The notes beneath the pieces were generated by a model. It was not told the DNA's origin and did not search any database. It saw only the letters and a program-made list of their open reading frames with translations. DNA of 63,927 bases, filler included, from Candidatus Methanoxibalbensis ujae (GTDB lineage Archaea; Halobacteriota; Syntropharchaeia; Alkanophagales; Methanospirareceae): the NCBI GenBank assembly GCA_026134085.1. It is 4 parts of 4 records of this genome, joined end to end, with 100 filler letters (N's around TTAATTAATTAA, not from the genome) between each part and the next. Parts side by side here need not be neighbours in the genome. Positions count along the whole stretch, not along the records: positions 40,313 to 60,110 come from JAOQIN010000035.1; positions 60,211 to 63,927 come from JAOQIN010000077.1; 2 more parts are not named here. The stretch is one strand, 5' to 3'. Position 1 is the first letter of the stretch. Each line of letters begins with the position of its first letter. Both the position numbers and the translations under genes were made by a program. Shown piece after piece: positions 50,145 through 60,986 of this stretch.

Positions 50145-51723
50145 CGATGAGAGAGATGGCATCCGTGACGATGAGAGAGTTGGCATAGTCATAGGCAGTG
50201 CAAGTGCATCTGAATTCCTTTTTGTCGCGGAGAGAGAAGTGCCACGATGGGAATATGTGAGCGTGCGGTCATTTGAGCACACTGAAGACGGCAAAAAAGA
50301 GGTTGAGGTGATCGCTCAGGTGCACAATATAATTGCTGAATCTCCTGCACTCCGCGCTGACATATCATTTGAGTCGGCTCATCGCATCGTTCAGGCAGGT
50401 CTGACGGGAAACAGAACTGTCGCAGAGGCAAGAGTGCTCGGATACATACACAATGATGTCGTGTATCAGCCAAGAATGGCTGTTCAGCCGGGAAAGGAGG
50501 TGTTCCTCGCATCTGAACAGACACTGCGAACTTTCTACTCTTTCACAGATGACTGCGGTCTCCATATAGGATACCTCGTCACAAGAAAAAATGTGCCCGT
50601 CAGCATATCCGTTGACGGATTCAGAAGACATGTCGCAATTATAGCTCAGACAGGAGCGGGAAAAAGCTACACAGCGGGCGTTTTGATAGAGGAACTGCTC
50701 AAAAAAGGTGCCACAATTGTGGTGCTTGATCCTCATGCAGACCATGTTTTCATATCTCAAAATCGCAAGGGAGGAAGATTCTCAGACAGAGTGAGCGTTT
50801 TTCGCACGAAAGAGAGCACATCAAGATATGAATGGGAGATTGGCATAAAAAAATACGAAGTCAGATTCGCTGACATGGGTATTGACGAGATTTTCAGGAT
50901 ATGCAGGATTTCTGAAAGCTATACAAACATAAGAAAGGCAGTTAAAAACGCAGTTGAGATGCTGAATTATGACTGTTCTGTCGAGAACCTCATAGAAACA
51001 CTGCGCTCACAGAGTGAGAAAAGCGGCAGGGAGGATGCACTGAAGGCGTTGAAATATGTTGAAGTGCTGCGCGATTTCAGTGGGATTTTCGGCACATCAA
51101 CAACTGTCGCAGATGATTACCTGAAGCCCAAACACATCTCGGTATTTGACCTCTCAGGATTGAACGACAGGGTGGCCAACTATGTCGCCTGGCGCATTCT
51201 GAATGAGATATACGAGAAAAAAACGAAAAATGAATACAAATATCCTGTCTTCGTATTCATTGAAGAGGCACACAGGTTCGTACCTAACGGAGAAGAGACA
51301 TTTGCAAAGAGAATATTGAAGAGATTGGCTGCTGAAGGTCGTAAATTCGGTATATTTCTGACGCTTATAACACAAAGACCTTTCAAAGTGGATGCTGATG
51401 CTCTGAGTCAGTGCAATTCTCAGATAATCATGCGCATCACAAACCCGGAGGACCAGAATGCTGTGCGGAGAAGCTCTGAGCGTATGAGCGAGAGCCTGCT
51501 GAACGACCTTCCCGGTCTGAACATAGGCGAGGCTATAATCGTCGGTGAGGTGTCAAGAGCGCCTGTGATCGCACGCATAAGACAGCGTGAAACAAAAGAA
51601 GGTGGTGCAGACATAGACACTGTTGCATTGCTTAAAGAGGCTTCCCGCGAGGCAGATACAGAAAAGACTGAAACGGAAATCTCAAAAGAAATAAAACAGA
51701 TAAGAAGCATAATGGAATTCTGA
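50128..51723 (+). CDS. herA: HerA-family ATPase/helicase (HAS barrel plus P-loop)
   Basis: RHVAIIAQTGAGKS, LDPH, IEEAHRF, EGRKFG and TQRP motifs. GTG start after GAGGTGA. Confidence 0.88.
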   Translation: MQDSRDDERDGIRDDERVGIVIGSASASEFLFVAEREVPRWEYVSVRSFEHTEDGKKEVEVIAQVHNIIAESPALRADISFESAHRIVQAGLTGNRTVAEARVLGYIHNDVVYQPRMAVQPGKEVFLASEQTLRTFYSFTDDCGLHIGYLVTRKNVPVSISVDGFRRHVAIIAQTGAGKSYTAGVLIEELLKKGATIVVLDPHADHVFISQNRKGGRFSDRVSVFRTKESTSRYEWEIGIKKYEVRFADMGIDEIFRICRISESYTNIRKAVKNAVEMLNYDCSVENLIETLRSQSEKSGREDALKALKYVEVLRDFSGIFGTSTTVADDYLKPKHISVFDLSGLNDRVANYVAWRILNEIYEKKTKNEYKYPVFVFIEEAHRFVPNGEETFAKRILKRLAAEGRKFGIFLTLITQRPFKVDADALSQCNSQIIMRITNPEDQNAVRRSSERMSESLLNDLPGLNIGEAIIVGEVSRAPVIARIRQRETKEGGADIDTVALLKEASREADTEKTETEISKEIKQIRSIMEF

Positions 51724-52041
51724 TCTCGTCTCCAATTGTAATTCATACGGCAACTCTTACTTCGTCTCGCCATTCTGCTGACGGGAATGGTTACAGAGCC
51801 CAAATTTCGCAATGCAAAATTTTGCATTCCCAAAAAGAACAGACATGATTGTCAGGGGGCTGAGGTTTTCAGATGGTCGGTTCGTGCATATGCTGAGAAG
51901 GAGGTGGAGATCAGGCGGGAATACAACAATATCATGGCAACTGATTGGGAATCGCCAGTCGTCTCCACTGCTGATATGAGACATGGGAAGAATAAAGGTG
52001 GGAGTTCATATAAGAGAAGAGAAAGGAGGGAAGAGTGGCTG

Positions 52042-53133
52042 ATGCACAGGATGATGCACAGGATATCAGACACCAGCGCAGGCAGCAGATCCGCATCACA
52101 GCGTGTCAGCAGCGGAAGCAGCGGAAATGGAGGAGAGGAGCGCCTGACAGAGGCAGAAGCGGCGGCAGATGCCACATCGGCAAATGCCACGACAGCGGAT
52201 AACTCCCCCGAAAAAATAAGAGAGCTGTTCAGGGAGGTGAACACGAAGTTTTACGAGCGATACACGCGCATAGACAACAGCGATGATTTCTTCATGTCCA
52301 TGTATAAGCCGATAAGGAGCAGCATACGCGTGAACACGCTTAAAGCTGATCTGGAAGATGTCGTTGCGAGATTGAGAGAGGATTTTCATCTTGAGAGTGT
52401 GCCATGGTGCGAAGAAGGCTTTTTCATAAACACTGAAAGCTTCGGAAGCATTCCTGAGCACAGACTCGGTGTCATTTTCACACAGGAATCCGCATCAATG
52501 ATCCCTCCTGTTTTGATGGAGCTCTCACCAAAGATGAATGTTCTTGACATCGCCGCTGCTCCCGGTGCCAAAACAACGCAAATAGCTCAATATATGTGCA
52601 ACGATGGGTGCATAATCGCGAATGATGTGAAGATGAAGCGATTGAACATACTGATATCAAACCTGCAGCGCTGTGGGGTCCTGATAGCACATGTCACGAT
52701 GAAAGATGGGCGTTTCTTCGGAAAGTTTGAGGAGAGATTTGACGCTGTTCTCGTAGATGTTCCGTGTAGCAATGTCGGGATGATCCGTAAAAACTTCAAA
52801 TACCTCAAATATTGGCGTGCTTCTGAGATAAAAAGGCTTTCAAAACTGCAGAAAGGTCTTATTCTCGCAGGATATAAGGCTCTGAAGGAGGGTGGAGTCC
52901 TCGTCTACTCAACCTGCACGCTTGACCCCGTTGAAAATGAGGGGGTTGTTGATTTCCTTATCCGTGAGACTGAGGCGGAAATTGAGAATATAAAACTGCC
53001 TGTAAACAGACATCCTCCTTTTCTTGAATTTGACGGCGTCTCATTCAACGAAGATCTGCGGAAATGCCTGCGTATCCATCCTCAGGACAACGACACCGAA
53101 GGTTTCTTCGTCGCAAAGATAAGAAAACCGTGA
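52042..53133 (+). CDS. RsmB/NOP2-family RNA m5C methyltransferase
   Basis: SIRVNTLK, QESASMIPP, AAAPGAKTT, DVPCS and VYSTCT motifs. Start uncertain. Confidence 0.9.
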   Translation: MHRMMHRISDTSAGSRSASQRVSSGSSGNGGEERLTEAEAAADATSANATTADNSPEKIRELFREVNTKFYERYTRIDNSDDFFMSMYKPIRSSIRVNTLKADLEDVVARLREDFHLESVPWCEEGFFINTESFGSIPEHRLGVIFTQESASMIPPVLMELSPKMNVLDIAAAPGAKTTQIAQYMCNDGCIIANDVKMKRLNILISNLQRCGVLIAHVTMKDGRFFGKFEERFDAVLVDVPCSNVGMIRKNFKYLKYWRASEIKRLSKLQKGLILAGYKALKEGGVLVYSTCTLDPVENEGVVDFLIRETEAEIENIKLPVNRHPPFLEFDGVSFNEDLRKCLRIHPQDNDTEGFFVAKIRKP

Positions 53134-53233
53134 TTATGCAAAAAAGCGCTCACAAAGCATAGCGCTCACGCACAGCCCCAACCGAGACAACCGAGACAAC
53201 CGAGAGTTAACCGAGAGCTGCATCACTGCATGA

Positions 53234-53737
53234 TCAGGGCATGAAAACATATTGCGTTGCCGTCCTAAGTATGCGTCGCAATTTTCGCAGATCTGCTCTG
53301 TGTATGAACATGCACTGCTCCCGCTCGCTATGCCTGTCATCCTCATATTCCAGATCATCAGCATGCGTTTGTTCCTCTTTACCAATGATTTTACGCACAA
53401 CTTTGCACGATAATTCCCCCTGAATTCTTGCCATTCCGTGATATTTTGGAGTAAGTTCAATATATATTGGAATTTTTAATCGCTTTTTCTCGTCTTCATT
53501 GAGCATGTCTGCTATCATTATGAGTTCCTCCTTCAGTATGCGGTGCATTGAACCGTCCCTGCCGGTGAGTGCTGGTTTTTCCTCATTCAACAGTTCTGCG
53601 AGTGTCTTACGAGAGATCGGCAGGTGTTTGTTGAGCAGACGGATGAGATCTGCATATTTGCGCTCGTCAAACATGGTCACCATATTTTTCTCTTTATTTT
53701 TATGGGTGGCATTTTTTTCATCTTCTTCATTTTTCAT
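53234..53737 (-). CDS. UPF0216/DUF61 family protein
   Basis: LNKHLP..RKTLAELLNEEKP...RDG..H and LRTATQY motifs. Confidence 0.8.
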   Translation of the reverse strand: MKNEEDEKNATHKNKEKNMVTMFDERKYADLIRLLNKHLPISRKTLAELLNEEKPALTGRDGSMHRILKEELIMIADMLNEDEKKRLKIPIYIELTPKYHGMARIQGELSCKVVRKIIGKEEQTHADDLEYEDDRHSEREQCMFIHRADLRKLRRILRTATQYVFMP

Positions 53738-53842
53738 TTTTCATTTTTCATTTTTTTCACAGGTGGCAGGCCGCGACTGCTGACTGTCCGGAGAGGCGTC
53801 AGGCTGCAACATATATTATGGGGAGATCCAATTTCAGAGGAA

Positions 53843-54883
53843 ATGGCATGTATTGGTATAAACGGTTTTGGGAGAATGGGCAAGATATTTCTGCGGGTTT
53901 TGCTGAAGTATGCGCCTGAACTTGAAGTTGCGGCGGTCAACAGCCTTGCAGATGCGAAGACGACAGCACACATATTCAAATATGACTCAGTGCACGGTCG
54001 TTTTGATGGAGAGGTGCGTGTGCGAAGCGACAATGAGATTGAGATCGATGGTGCATCCATATATGTGCTTTCTGAGAGAGAGCCGGAGAGGCTTCCGTGG
54101 TCTGAGATCGGCGTGGATATTGTGGTGGAAGCAACTGGCGCATTTAGGAGTGGTGAAGAAGCTGCTCGTCACCTGAAGGCAGGATGCAGGAAGGTCATAA
54201 TCACAGCACCTGCAAAGCGTGTTGATGCGACAATCGTGCCGGGTGTCAATGAAAACATTTATGATGCTGAAAAACACAACATCATATCTCTCGCATCATG
54301 CACAACGAACTGCCTTGCGCCTGTTGTGAAGGTGCTGAACGAGAACTTCATCATAAACAGAGGGTTCATGACAACAGTCCACGCATACACGAACGACCAG
54401 AACATACTTGACAAAAAACACAGAGACCTGCGAAGAGCCAGAGCGGCAGCACTTTCAATCATACCGACAACGACAGGCGCAGCAGTCTCAATAGGTGAGG
54501 TGATGCCGGATCTCGCAGGTAAAATGGACGGAATCGCACTTCGTGTTCCCACAGCTGATGTGAGCATCGTGGACCTCGTTGTTGAGGTTGAGAGGGAAGT
54601 GCATGACGCCGAACAGGTGAATGATGTGTTTGAGCATGCAGCTTCAAACACGCTTAAGGGCATCCTCGCGGTTGAGAGGGAGCCACTCGTGTCGGCTGAT
54701 TTCGTAGGCAGCACTTATTCGGCAATCGTGGACGCACCACTCACAAATGTCATCTCAAACAGCGCGAGCAGCACAGACAATGGCGAAGGCAGCCTGATAA
54801 AGGTGCTCGCATGGTACGACAACGAATGGGGCTACTGCTGCAGAGTGCTTGATATGGTGAAAATTATAAGCGGTAAGTTATGA
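53843..54883 (+). CDS. gap: type I (bacterial-like) glyceraldehyde-3-phosphate dehydrogenase
   Basis: INGFGRMG, YDSVHG, ASCTTNCL, HAYTNDQ, PTTTGAA and WYDNEWGY motifs. Confidence 0.95.
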   Translation: MACIGINGFGRMGKIFLRVLLKYAPELEVAAVNSLADAKTTAHIFKYDSVHGRFDGEVRVRSDNEIEIDGASIYVLSEREPERLPWSEIGVDIVVEATGAFRSGEEAARHLKAGCRKVIITAPAKRVDATIVPGVNENIYDAEKHNIISLASCTTNCLAPVVKVLNENFIINRGFMTTVHAYTNDQNILDKKHRDLRRARAAALSIIPTTTGAAVSIGEVMPDLAGKMDGIALRVPTADVSIVDLVVEVEREVHDAEQVNDVFEHAASNTLKGILAVEREPLVSADFVGSTYSAIVDAPLTNVISNSASSTDNGEGSLIKVLAWYDNEWGYCCRVLDMVKIISGKL

Positions 54884-54949
54884 CTAATATAATAGCCAAA
54901 CAAAAAATCTTTAAAAGAAAAAAGCGAGAAAAACAGAGGGAGCGGTTGT

Positions 54950-55912
54950 GTGGTGATGGAGAAGGATGATATCTGCATAATAATACCGACTCTGAATGAG
55001 GAAAGATCCATAAGAGATGTCATTGAGGGTTTCAGGAAACAGGGTTTTCACAACATACTCGTGATTGACGGTCACAGCACAGACAGAACAAGGGAGATAG
55101 CGGCAGAAGCAGGCGCAAATGTTGTTGTTCAGGAGGGTCGTGGCAAAGGTGCAGCTGTCAGGCAGGCGTTCAATATCGCGGATGGCGAGGTTTTTGTCCT
55201 GATAGATGGAGACGGCACTTATGATCCCAATGATGTTCACAGGCTGATCACTCCCATTGTAAAAGGCAATGCAGACCATGTCATAGGCAACAGATTTGCA
55301 TATGGCGGCACTTTCACATTTCTCCACCGCATAGGGAACTGGGCAATAAACAAACTGTTTTCCTTGGGCTACGGCGTCCAGCTCAACGACATCCTCTCAG
55401 GATACCGCGCGCTTCGCAGAGAACTTGCGAGGGGGATGGAACTCGCGAAGGAGGGATTTGAGATAGAGGCGGAAATGGTGGTTGAAACAGTGAAAAAAGG
55501 CTTTCGTATATGTGAAGTTCCCATAACATATGGAAAACGCGCTGGAAAATCAAAACTTAACACTTTCAGAGATGGATCAAAAATTGCATTCACCCTGTAT
55601 ACTCTCGTGAAAACACATAACCCCGTCTTCTACTTCGGCACTATCGGATTTATATTCCTCATCGCAGGCATAATCTCCGGCATATATGTTGTGATTGAGT
55701 GGTTGCATGGCGTCTCTCACACATTGCTCACTGTTTTTACATCGCTTATGATCATTTCAGGAGTTCAGATAGCGATATTTGGTCTGCTCGCCGATCTGAT
55801 TGTTGGATTTCAAAACAGAATGATGGAAGAGATGCGAAGATATAGAGAAAGACTGGACAGATATGATGAGATGCGGCGCAATATGCAATATAAACATGAT
55901 AATGAAAAATGA
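54950..55912 (+). CDS. aglJ: GT2 glycosyltransferase, AglJ-like
   Basis: IPTLNEE, IDGHSTD, GKGAA, IDGDGTY, DILSGYR motifs and two C-terminal TM helices. Confidence 0.75.
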   Translation: MVMEKDDICIIIPTLNEERSIRDVIEGFRKQGFHNILVIDGHSTDRTREIAAEAGANVVVQEGRGKGAAVRQAFNIADGEVFVLIDGDGTYDPNDVHRLITPIVKGNADHVIGNRFAYGGTFTFLHRIGNWAINKLFSLGYGVQLNDILSGYRALRRELARGMELAKEGFEIEAEMVVETVKKGFRICEVPITYGKRAGKSKLNTFRDGSKIAFTLYTLVKTHNPVFYFGTIGFIFLIAGIISGIYVVIEWLHGVSHTLLTVFTSLMIISGVQIAIFGLLADLIVGFQNRMMEEMRRYRERLDRYDEMRRNMQYKHDNEK

Positions 55913-55935
55913 TAATAAAAGTCAGGTGATGGCGC

Positions 55936-56412
55936 ATGTATAATAAGCATCATGAGCATCCTAAATATCACAAACATCATAAAGATGAAGATGAGGAGAT
56001 TGCAGGCGGCATGAGCGAAGAATCCGCGCATGATACGGAAGCGTATGAGACGGACAACAGAGGAGAGGAGCTCATGCATGCTATTGCTCAGGATTACAGG
56101 ACAGGTGAGGTTCTCATGCTCGCCCATATGAACAGGGAGGCGCTTGAACTCACGATTAAGACGGGGAGAGCGCACTACTGGAGCAGGTCACGGCGGAAAA
56201 TATGGCGAAAAGGGGAGGAATCTGGAAATGAGCAGATAATCAAGGACATACTTGTTGACTGCGACAACGACACAATACTTCTGAAAGTTGAACAGATAGG
56301 GGGTGCATGCCATACTGGATACCGTTCATGCTTCTATCGCAGGCTGCTTAGCGGTGAAATTGTCTCTGAAAAGGTTTTTGAACCGGAAAAAGTATATAAA
56401 AAGCATAGCTGA
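55936..56412 (+). CDS. hisI: phosphoribosyl-AMP cyclohydrolase
   Basis: YWSRSR, KGEESG, DCDND and [10 protein letters not shown] motifs. The start may be 56011. Confidence 0.93.
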   Translation: MYNKHHEHPKYHKHHKDEDEEIAGGMSEESAHDTEAYETDNRGEELMHAIAQDYRTGEVLMLAHMNREALELTIKTGRAHYWSRSRRKIWRKGEESGNEQIIKDILVDCDNDTILLKVEQIGGACHTGYRSCFYRRLLSGEIVSEKVFEPEKVYKKHS

Positions 56413-56419
56413 CGCTTGA

Positions 56420-56866
56420 TTAAATATTTTCCGCCGTCTCAGCTGTCATGTTGTGCCTTCTCTCTTCAGCCGTCATTGATCTGACGAGCCTGTATTTTCG
56501 TTGTGCCCTACTGCCACGCCTTTCAAGGACGCCCTCCTCATGCAGCTGTGCGAGGTATGTGGATATTGTGCTCAATTTCACACTTTCTTCATACACTTCT
56601 TCATATATTCGTTTAAGGTCTGAAGAAGTGAACCAGTCGGGAGGTGCTCTCTCGTCGTATTTCAGGAACTTCAATATGCGCTCTTTGATTGTGAGTTCCT
56701 CCATTTCGCGCTCATAAACATCTTTTATTGAGGAGAGATGCTCATCAAGAAAACGCACAACAGCTCTTATCGTGAGTATCCTCATATCCTCATTCAAAAG
56801 GTCACCTTCCCTTTCAAACACCGTTCTTATGCCGTTCTCCCCCTCTATCTCCACGCGCACCCTCAT
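56420..56866 (-). CDS. winged-HTH protein
   Basis: KLSTISTYLAQLHEEGVLERRGSRAQRKYRL. Confidence 0.75.
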   Translation of the reverse strand: MRVRVEIEGENGIRTVFEREGDLLNEDMRILTIRAVVRFLDEHLSSIKDVYEREMEELTIKERILKFLKYDERAPPDWFTSSDLKRIYEEVYEESVKLSTISTYLAQLHEEGVLERRGSRAQRKYRLVRSMTAEERRHNMTAETAENI

Positions 56867-57075
56867 TGTTTCACTCCTTCATTATTTCAACAATTATATA
56901 AAAAAAGAAGGTGCTTCTGTGCCCGGAGATTGTGAGGCATATCGCGCATTGACCTGAATTTCAAATGGAGAGAAGTGATGAACAAATGAACATCGCAGCG
57001 TGAGCAGCGTGAAAGAGAGTGCGTGACTGTGTGAGGAGCGAGGTTTTTTGTGGTTTTGATTTTATTGAGAGAGAG

Positions 57076-58266
57076 ATGAGAGATACCGCGATCATAGGTA
57101 TAGGGCACACGAAATTTGGTAATGCAGGTGATCGGACGGCGTTAGAGCTTTTTTCGGAGGCTGCGCTGAATGCTGTTGATGATGCGGGGATAGGATTGAA
57201 TGACATAGAGGCGTTGTTTCAGGGTGCTGCGCTCATAGGATTTGAGGAGGGTCAGGTCATGTCTGCGGTGTTTTCAGCCGCAGATCTGAGTTTGGGAGAG
57301 ATTCCCGCAACGCGCTTTGAAGGGGCATGTGCATCTGCATCAGTTGCGATAAGGGATGCGGTGATGTGGGTGTCGTCAGGCGCGTATGAAATCGTGCTTG
57401 CTGGTGGCGTTGAGAAGGCGCTGACCATGGGGACTCTTTTTGCAACGCGCACATTTGCTATGGCATGTCATGCGCAGTCCGAAAGTGCCGCGGGAATAAC
57501 ATTCCCCGGAGTTTTTGCGATGGCTGCACGCCTGTATGCACATCGCTATGGCATCTCGCTTGATAAACTGAGGGAGAAAATGGCATGCGTGTCCGTGAAA
57601 AATCACGCTCATGGCGCTCGCAACCCTGTTGCGCACTTCTACAAAAAATATGAAAATCTGAGGGTTGAGGATGTGCTCAATGCGAAAATGGTGTGTGATC
57701 CTCTTACGCTCCTGGACTGCTGTCCCTTCTCGGATGGGGCAGCTGCTGTTGTGATATGTGATGCTTCAACGGCACGAAAATACACAGACACTCCTGTTTA
57801 CATACTCGGAACGGGTCAGGGCACAGGCAGGCCTCTCTCAAAGATTGAGGACATGACCAAGCCAACAGCCAGGGTTGAATCTGCGAGAATGGCTTTCAAG
57901 CAGGCAGGTCTTGAGCCCAAGGATATAAAAGTGGCTGAAATACACGACTGCTTTTCAATAGCTGAGATAATCGCGATAGAGGCACTCGGATTCTATGATT
58001 GGGGAACGGCTGCTGATGCAACTGAAGATGGTCAGACGGATATAGGAGGAAAGATTCCGGTGAATGTGTCCGGAGGTCTCATGGGCAAGGGACATCCAAT
58101 AGGAGCGACAGGCGCATCCCAGATATGTTCAATCGTTGAACAGATGCGTGGAGAGGCACCAAGAGGAAATCAGGTGGATCCCGTGCCTGAATATGGAATC
58201 ACAGACACGCTTGGCGGAGATTTCGGAACCCTCTGCAACATCATACTCGGGAGAACACGGCGCTGA
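57076..58266 (+). CDS. thiolase (archaeal/SCP2-type)
   Basis: EGACAS, EIHDCF and GHPIGATG motifs. Confidence 0.92.
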   Translation: MRDTAIIGIGHTKFGNAGDRTALELFSEAALNAVDDAGIGLNDIEALFQGAALIGFEEGQVMSAVFSAADLSLGEIPATRFEGACASASVAIRDAVMWVSSGAYEIVLAGGVEKALTMGTLFATRTFAMACHAQSESAAGITFPGVFAMAARLYAHRYGISLDKLREKMACVSVKNHAHGARNPVAHFYKKYENLRVEDVLNAKMVCDPLTLLDCCPFSDGAAAVVICDASTARKYTDTPVYILGTGQGTGRPLSKIEDMTKPTARVESARMAFKQAGLEPKDIKVAEIHDCFSIAEIIAIEALGFYDWGTAADATEDGQTDIGGKIPVNVSGGLMGKGHPIGATGASQICSIVEQMRGEAPRGNQVDPVPEYGITDTLGGDFGTLCNIILGRTRR

Positions 58267-58362
58267 TATATTGCGCTCACACTCACAAGCAGCGGACGGA
58301 GCAAGCAAAGCTTGGGCGGAGAGAGGCAGGCGAAAATCATTTTTACAGGTGAAACCGTGGAT

Positions 58363-58788
58363 ATGAACATGGAATGCGTGTTTTGTAAGATTGTGCGTGG
58401 CGAATTGCCGTCAGCGAAGATATATGAGACGGAGATGTCAGTTGCTTTCCTTGATATAAATCCGATATCTCCGGGTCACACGCTCGTAATACCGAAGACC
58501 CATGTTTCAAGTATGATTGAACTTGATGAAAATATGACAGCGGACCTTTTCAATGCTGTGCGCATGGTAATGCGGCTTCTGAATGAAGCGCTACATCCTG
58601 ATGGGTTCAACATAGGCATAAATGATGGAAAGGAAGCCGGTCAGGAGATCATGCATCTGCATGTCAATGTGATACCGCGATTCAAAGGCGATGGCGGAAA
58701 GTCAATACATGCGATCGTGAACAATCCGCCAAGCGAGAGCGTTGAAGACATTGCGAGGAAAATTGTTAGGCGTGATCAGGAGGCGTGA
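58363..58788 (+). CDS. HIT family protein
   Basis: CVFCKI, FLDINP, GHTLVIPK and AGQEIMHLHVNVIPR motifs. Confidence 0.9.
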   Translation: MNMECVFCKIVRGELPSAKIYETEMSVAFLDINPISPGHTLVIPKTHVSSMIELDENMTADLFNAVRMVMRLLNEALHPDGFNIGINDGKEAGQEIMHLHVNVIPRFKGDGGKSIHAIVNNPPSESVEDIARKIVRRDQEA

Positions 58789-58849
58789 TCAGCACTGACT
58801 TGTATGTGCCTGCAAGCCTTTACAACGGAATCCCACCAGCTCCTGATTT

Positions 58850-59960
58850 TCTGATACGACGCCGCAGCGATGCTCCAGAAAGTTGAGCTCCCTGCAGTGC
58901 AGATGGAACTCCCTGAATTCCGTGACAGAAAGCTCTCTCCCGAATGGTGATGGACTGCACCATCCCATCGCCCTCTCATCGCATTCGGGAATGCGAAATG
59001 GAGGTATGGGAGGGTATGCATTGGATTTAGCCAACGATGGCTTATTGCGGGATCATACGCAATGTTGTACTGTGGTGAAGGCAACTTGAAATAAAATGAG
59101 ACAGCAGACAGATACCATTGGTTATATGGACGATGATGGAATGGGCGAAGCGGTTGCTGTTTCAGACAGGGTTTATGTGCTTCCAAATGATGGAAAAGTG
59201 AAGCTATATCTGAAGGGTGGAGTTGCATACGTTGCCGATTTGGGAAAGGATGAGATGGATAGTGGCACAACTGTTTATGCTTTCGCTTCCTTTTCTTACA
59301 ACCCCGATTGCCTCTTCCTACAACCCGATTGTGGCGAAATAAAGGAATACCGGTGGACAGTGTGTTATACTCAAAACACACCCTCACAAATCTTGGCAAT
59401 GCTGCAAGGATGATGAGGGAGATACCAACAGCACAGTAAAATGGACGGACGCAGCTCCCTCTCCTTCTGATATCCTTCTGATATTCATCTGATATTCATC
59501 CAATATTTGAAGACTATTTCAGCTATTTCAGCGAGCTCAACCTTCATGAACTTCAGTTCTCCCTCCCACGCCGGCATCTGTAGAGGGAGGAGATGGCGTC
59601 TTTGACAGGCCTTTGACAACAATGGAGATAGCTGGTGCAAGCGGTGTTTTCTCAAAAAAGAACTTCTCCCAAACGGCTTTACAATGGAGTCTGAGTACCT
59701 GTGTCGCTGGGTGCTGCACCGGCAAACAAGGCAGAATACGCCTACGGGATGTATGCCCCACAGAGGCAATGGGCGTTATATCTGGCATGGAGTGGTGATG
59801 GTGATGGTGAATTGGGCGACTCCACCAGAAAAGAGAAGGCATGCATAATATGGGGCTCTATACTGAAGATGGAACTTGGGAAGGCGTTAGCTGGCTTAAT
59901 GCAGATAGTTATACAGATGCATGGCATAATTGTGGGAGGTGATGGAATTGTTCTATGTTG
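58850..59960 (+). pseudogene. degraded remnant of a repeat-containing (FG-GAP/beta-propeller-like) exported protein
   Basis: Fragments such as IGYMDDDGMGEAVAVSDRVYVL, with multiple frameshifts. Family call is weak. Confidence 0.3.
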
Positions 59961-60110
59961 ACAGGGATTTGACTTCTGAAAAGAGAATTATAGTTAGGTG
60001 CATAACACTTTAAACTTATTATGAATTTCTCAATCCAACTTTCTGCAAAGGATATTGATTTTGTCGGTTTCCTGATTTGCAATTACCTTGAACCTCTCCA
60101 TTCAATGGAG

Positions 60111-60210
60111 NNNNNNNNNNNNNNNNNNNNNNNNNNNNNNNNNNNNNNNNNNNNTTAATTAATTAANNNNNNNNNNNNNNNNNNNNNNNNNNNNNNNNNN
60201 NNNNNNNNNN
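60111..60210. other. artificial contig linker
   Basis: N-TTAATTAATTAA-N. Confidence 0.98.
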
Positions 60211-60824
60211 GTCATGTCATCCGCAGTAAGAGGCAGTGAAATCAGGTTCCATCCCTCAACGAGCTCCTTGCTGAATGTCTCCTGCGGCGCTATGCATGTG
60301 TACGTGCCGTTATGAAATTTATGACCGCCCGTTATCTCATCGCCCATTTCGTTGTTTGCTTCACTGAAGCCTTGTAACAGGTCAGAAGAGCACCCCGAAC
60401 TGCAATTGCAGTGCAGCGTTAAGACGCAAAGCGTATAGTTACCCGCAGATATAGGACCCTGTGGATTATCCCACTGTATGCGGACACAAGTATGGGTTGG
60501 GCTCAGCCAGGGCCACCAATTGTCTCCGTGGTAGCTGTCGTTAAACCAGTTGTGGGTGTTCCAGCTAAATGGACTCATGCTCTGGTCTATCGTCACTATA
60601 TTCACACAGTTTTTATCATAGTAAATATCCATCTCCCCGCTTACCGTCTCACCAACGCTCTCTGTCATGTTAATATACACAAGTATATCTGTTTCACCGT
60701 ATACACCAGTACTATTTTCTGGAACAAACCATGTTTCCATTCCATATGCCATCGCAGGTGCTGTAAGTACTGCTAATACTGCCAGTACTATTCCTATTCC
60801 GAATGCTATTCCCCTTCTATTCAT
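60211..60824 (-). CDS. secreted cohesin-like domain protein (3-prime truncated)
   Basis: Signal peptide, DIYYDKNCVNI, AGNYTLCVLTLHC and ELVEGWNLISLPL. Confidence 0.7.
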
Positions 60825-60986
60825 CCTCTCTCACCTCCTAACATAGACTTTTTTCTTTCCATCTCTAAATCACCTCCTTTTCCTTCCTTTTTCCTATCTT
60901 ATTCCGTTCCTTTTTGCATATCCCCCCAAAAAAGAAAAAAGGGGAAATTTTCAACTTTTTAGTGGCTCTTTCTTCGCTTCTCTGCG

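Noticed and set aside
51787..52041. N-terminal extensions of the m5C MTase ORF (likewise gap 53624, herA 50056, MFS 18325)
   Set aside because: Upstream open frames without family similarity. Downstream starts fit better.
60865..60986. C-terminus of the 510-aa ORF in the track
   Set aside because: The frame across the 100-N gap is arbitrary. The natural end is LTCCKCDCPS-stop at 60987.
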